A stretch of DNA of 55,954 nt from a virus (lineage: Duplodnaviria > Caudoviricetes), in IMG/VR virus record IMGVR_UViG_3300032047_000018, positions 1-55,954 of that record, one strand, 5' to 3'. The notes below the pieces were generated by a model, which saw only the letters and a program-made list of their open reading frames with translations, searched no databases and had not been told where the DNA came from. Below, piece after piece: positions 53,726-55,954 of this stretch. The position numbers and the translations under genes were made by a program. Position 1 is the stretch's first letter; each line of letters begins with the position of its first letter.

Positions 53726-55954
53726 TTACACTAGGGTAGTTGTAAGATTTCCAGTGTTATCAACTGTTACTCGATAATTATTTCCATTAGGGGCCGTTAA
53801 TACAATCCCAGCGCTAGGCTGTTCTATTTTTACATCCCCGTCTTTCATTATTAAATTACAAGGGTCACCTGATCCAGTATCTACTATTAAATCTGAAGCC
53901 GAACCAACTGTTACTGTAAGAAGACAATTATCTCCGCTGCCGCCTCCTGTAAGAGTTACAGCGTCACCAACAACATAACCTGAACCCCCTTCGTCTATAC
54001 TAAAAGCTGTTACTCCTGAATTGCTGTCTATTTCTAAAACCTTTATTCGAAGACCAGACCCACTACCGCTTGTTGAAGTATTATAAATGTCATCTTCGTT
54101 ATATCCAGTACCGCGACCATTACTGCCAGGTGGGGATATGAAAGAAAGAGCTATACCGCCTGTGGTTTTTATTTCTAAGTCGTTAGCCGCTGTTTCTTTA
54201 ATAGACCAGTTAGGATTTGTTGGGAAATTTTTGTTAAAATAAATATCTCCAGTATATAAAGAGTTAGAAGATACTGTGTTTCCTTCTATTACAGTAAGAA
54301 CTGCACCACCAACATTAAGATTTACTATATCACCCGCATCGTAATCTTGACCTGGATTTGCAACAACGAAAGTGTCAATACCTGAGCCACTAGTTACTTC
54401 ATCTACTGTTATAGTTAAACCAAATCCGTTACCAGTTGATGTCGTAGTATAAGTATCGCCTTCATTATATCCGCTGCCTGCAGAAGTCACACTTAATAGT
54501 ATATCGTCTCCTCTTTGAATTTTAAGAAAACCGCCACTATTATATAAACCGCCGTGTGGTATACCGCCTGTTATTGCCGTATCATCATTATTAAATTCAA
54601 ATGATGGGACTGTTTGTAATGCCACCATTGGGTGGTAATTAATTACTTTTGATCCCTCTGTTATTAGTAAAGCGTTTTTAGTATTTACATCTTTATCTAC
54701 ATATGTATTTACTGCAAATTTAACTGGGCCTCTTTTATTAACTCCAGATTGCGCTGCTGGATATGTAGCGGGGTTGTTATCATAACCCAGAGTCATTGTT
54801 TCTGTTACAGGTGTTAAATCAAAACCTACGCTAAACATATTCCTATGCGCAGCTCCACCGTTACTTGTTATGTTTATATTACTACCTAATGTGAAGCAAT
54901 TTGTTGGTGTGTTGCTCGTACCTATTGCTTTAATGTCATTATCTATACCGTAGACAAAATGTGATCCACCGCCGACATCACTTTGTATAGTGTTCGAATT
55001 ACCTAGCACTATACTATTATTTAATCCTGTTAAATTGTTATTGATACCTTCAACTACTGCATTGTTAGAACTTACAACAGTGTTGACCGAACCACCTATA
55101 ATTGAATTGTTAGAGCTCTGAACGGTATTGTTTGTTCCAGTTAAAATTGTGCAATCTGAATTTAATTGAATTTGGTTACCGTTACCCACTGTTAACGAGT
55201 GATCCGATCCGGCTATAATGTCGTTACTACCGGCCCCAATAATAACCGATGTGTTATCTACTTGGGGTAAACTAGGATTATTAGACACTACAATACCATT
55301 TCTTATAGCAATTGGAAGCCCTGTTGGAGTTCCCATGTCTACTGCGAAATTTGTGTTAGCACTTCTGCCTAATCCTATGTTGGTGCCGTTATCATATATA
55401 GAGCTGCTACCAATTATACTGCCAGCTGCAGTAAATTTAGCAATCGCGTTTTGTGCACCTGTTCCTGTAACATTATTTGCCGGTATTGGTGTTACTATTG
55501 AGCTAACATCTTTCCATTCTACAGAATTTGGGCCACCGGAGCCGCCTTGTGATGTTAATACTTGATTTGTATCTCCAGCTTCTTCGTTAGTATCGTATAA
55601 TGCGCCAAAAATAGTAATCTCATTGAAGTCAAAACCTGCAGTTGTTACAAATTTGGTCTGGGCATTGTTCCATGTTATCTCACTTTCGCCTAAAACGTTA
55701 GTATTTGTCCATAATGCTAGTCTGTTGGCAATTCCGCCGCCAGCTAATACTGATGTATTGTCAATTTTGTCCCAAAAACAGTTTCCTGTGCTATCTTGAG
55801 AGATAATCGCCCAGTCACCAGGCTGCCAATCGGTTATAGGAACGTTTCCGGCGCCAACTAATGGGGTACCACCAGCTACGCTTACTACCCAATAATGTCC
55901 TGTATTACCAGCTTGAGGTACTATAATCGATAAATCAGGTTGATCGAGCGTTGC
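53726..55954 (-). CDS. Tail fibre/spike protein (5'-truncated; frame open to the window edge, at least 742 aa)
   Basis: The frame continues upstream of the track's Met 55336 (GHYWVVSVAG...WQPGDW...WDKIDNT; AKFTAAGSIIGSSSIYDNG). Contains a GxxN beta-roll and two GSGY-type modules. Confidence 0.85.
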   Translation of the reverse strand, partial: ATLDQPDLSIIVPQAGNTGHYWVVSVAGGTPLVGAGNVPITDWQPGDWAIISQDSTGNCFWDKIDNTSVLAGGGIANRLALWTNTNVLGESEITWNNAQTKFVTTAGFDFNEITIFGALYDTNEEAGDTNQVLTSQGGSGGPNSVEWKDVSSIVTPIPANNVTGTGAQNAIAKFTAAGSIIGSSSIYDNGTNIGLGRSANTNFAVDMGTPTGLPIAIRNGIVVSNNPSLPQVDNTSVIIGAGSNDIIAGSDHSLTVGNGNQIQLNSDCTILTGTNNTVQSSNNSIIGGSVNTVVSSNNAVVEGINNNLTGLNNSIVLGNSNTIQSDVGGGSHFVYGIDNDIKAIGTSNTPTNCFTLGSNINITSNGGAAHRNMFSVGFDLTPVTETMTLGYDNNPATYPAAQSGVNKRGPVKFAVNTYVDKDVNTKNALLITEGSKVINYHPMVALQTVPSFEFNNDDTAITGGIPHGGLYNSGGFLKIQRGDDILLSVTSAGSGYNEGDTYTTTSTGNGFGLTITVDEVTSGSGIDTFVVANPGQDYDAGDIVNLNVGGAVLTVIEGNTVSSNSLYTGDIYFNKNFPTNPNWSIKETAANDLEIKTTGGIALSFISPPGSNGRGTGYNEDDIYNTSTSGSGSGLRIKVLEIDSNSGVTAFSIDEGGSGYVVGDAVTLTGGGSGDNCLLTVTVGSASDLIVDTGSGDPCNLIMKDGDVKIEQPSAGIVLTAPNGNNYRVTVDNTGNLTTTLV

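Noticed and set aside
55218-55565. 115-aa + strand ORF and apparent non-coding end of the window
   Set aside because: The - strand fibre frame is open through to 55954, so the + ORF is its antisense shadow.
48631-55954. Diversity-generating retroelement or invertible tail-fibre cassette
   Set aside because: No reverse transcriptase, recombinase or near-identical DNA repeat pair was seen; the repeats are diverged at protein level.
1-55954. Stop-codon reassignment as in some crAss-like phages; tRNA genes; CRISPR array
   Set aside because: Genes are full length under the standard code and end in TAA, TAG or TGA. Intergenic gaps are short and show no cloverleaf or spaced direct repeats.

Overview
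This window is an AT-rich, densely coding segment of a tailed dsDNA bacteriophage. It is most consistent with a Bacteroidetes/Flavobacteria-infecting podovirus with crAss-like virion gene order, carrying its own GroEL/GroES. The host and taxonomy are inferred from gene content and from A-rich starts without Shine-Dalgarno sites. The + strand (1-9913) holds the replication and nucleotide-metabolism module: ERF, exonuclease, SSB, primase-helicase, a thymidylate synthase homologue, MazG-type pyrophosphatases, a resolvase and class I RNR. It ends at an intrinsic terminator. The - strand (55954 down to 9963) holds the late module: tail fibres, holin, GroEL/GroES, a cluster of small basic proteins, terminase, portal, scaffold, capsid, ring and muzzle tail proteins, ejection proteins, a 2918-aa polyvalent protein and a lysis cassette. 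Main leads: (1) a cluster of small basic proteins punctuated by S-P-[AL]-K motifs with shared leaders and an embedded zincin, a candidate capsid-cargo targeting and processing system; (2) a thymidylate synthase with Asp at the Asn177 specificity position next to a GIY-YIG/MazG fusion, a candidate cytosine-modification pathway; (3) a giant virion protein with zincin, sigma-70 region-2-like and HAD domains separated by [KR]xSxS motifs; (4) an Ig domain split across two tail genes; (5) a lipoprotein-like ORF overprinted on terL. All calls come from reading motifs by eye; no database search was run. No tRNA, rRNA, CRISPR array, integrase or transposase was seen.
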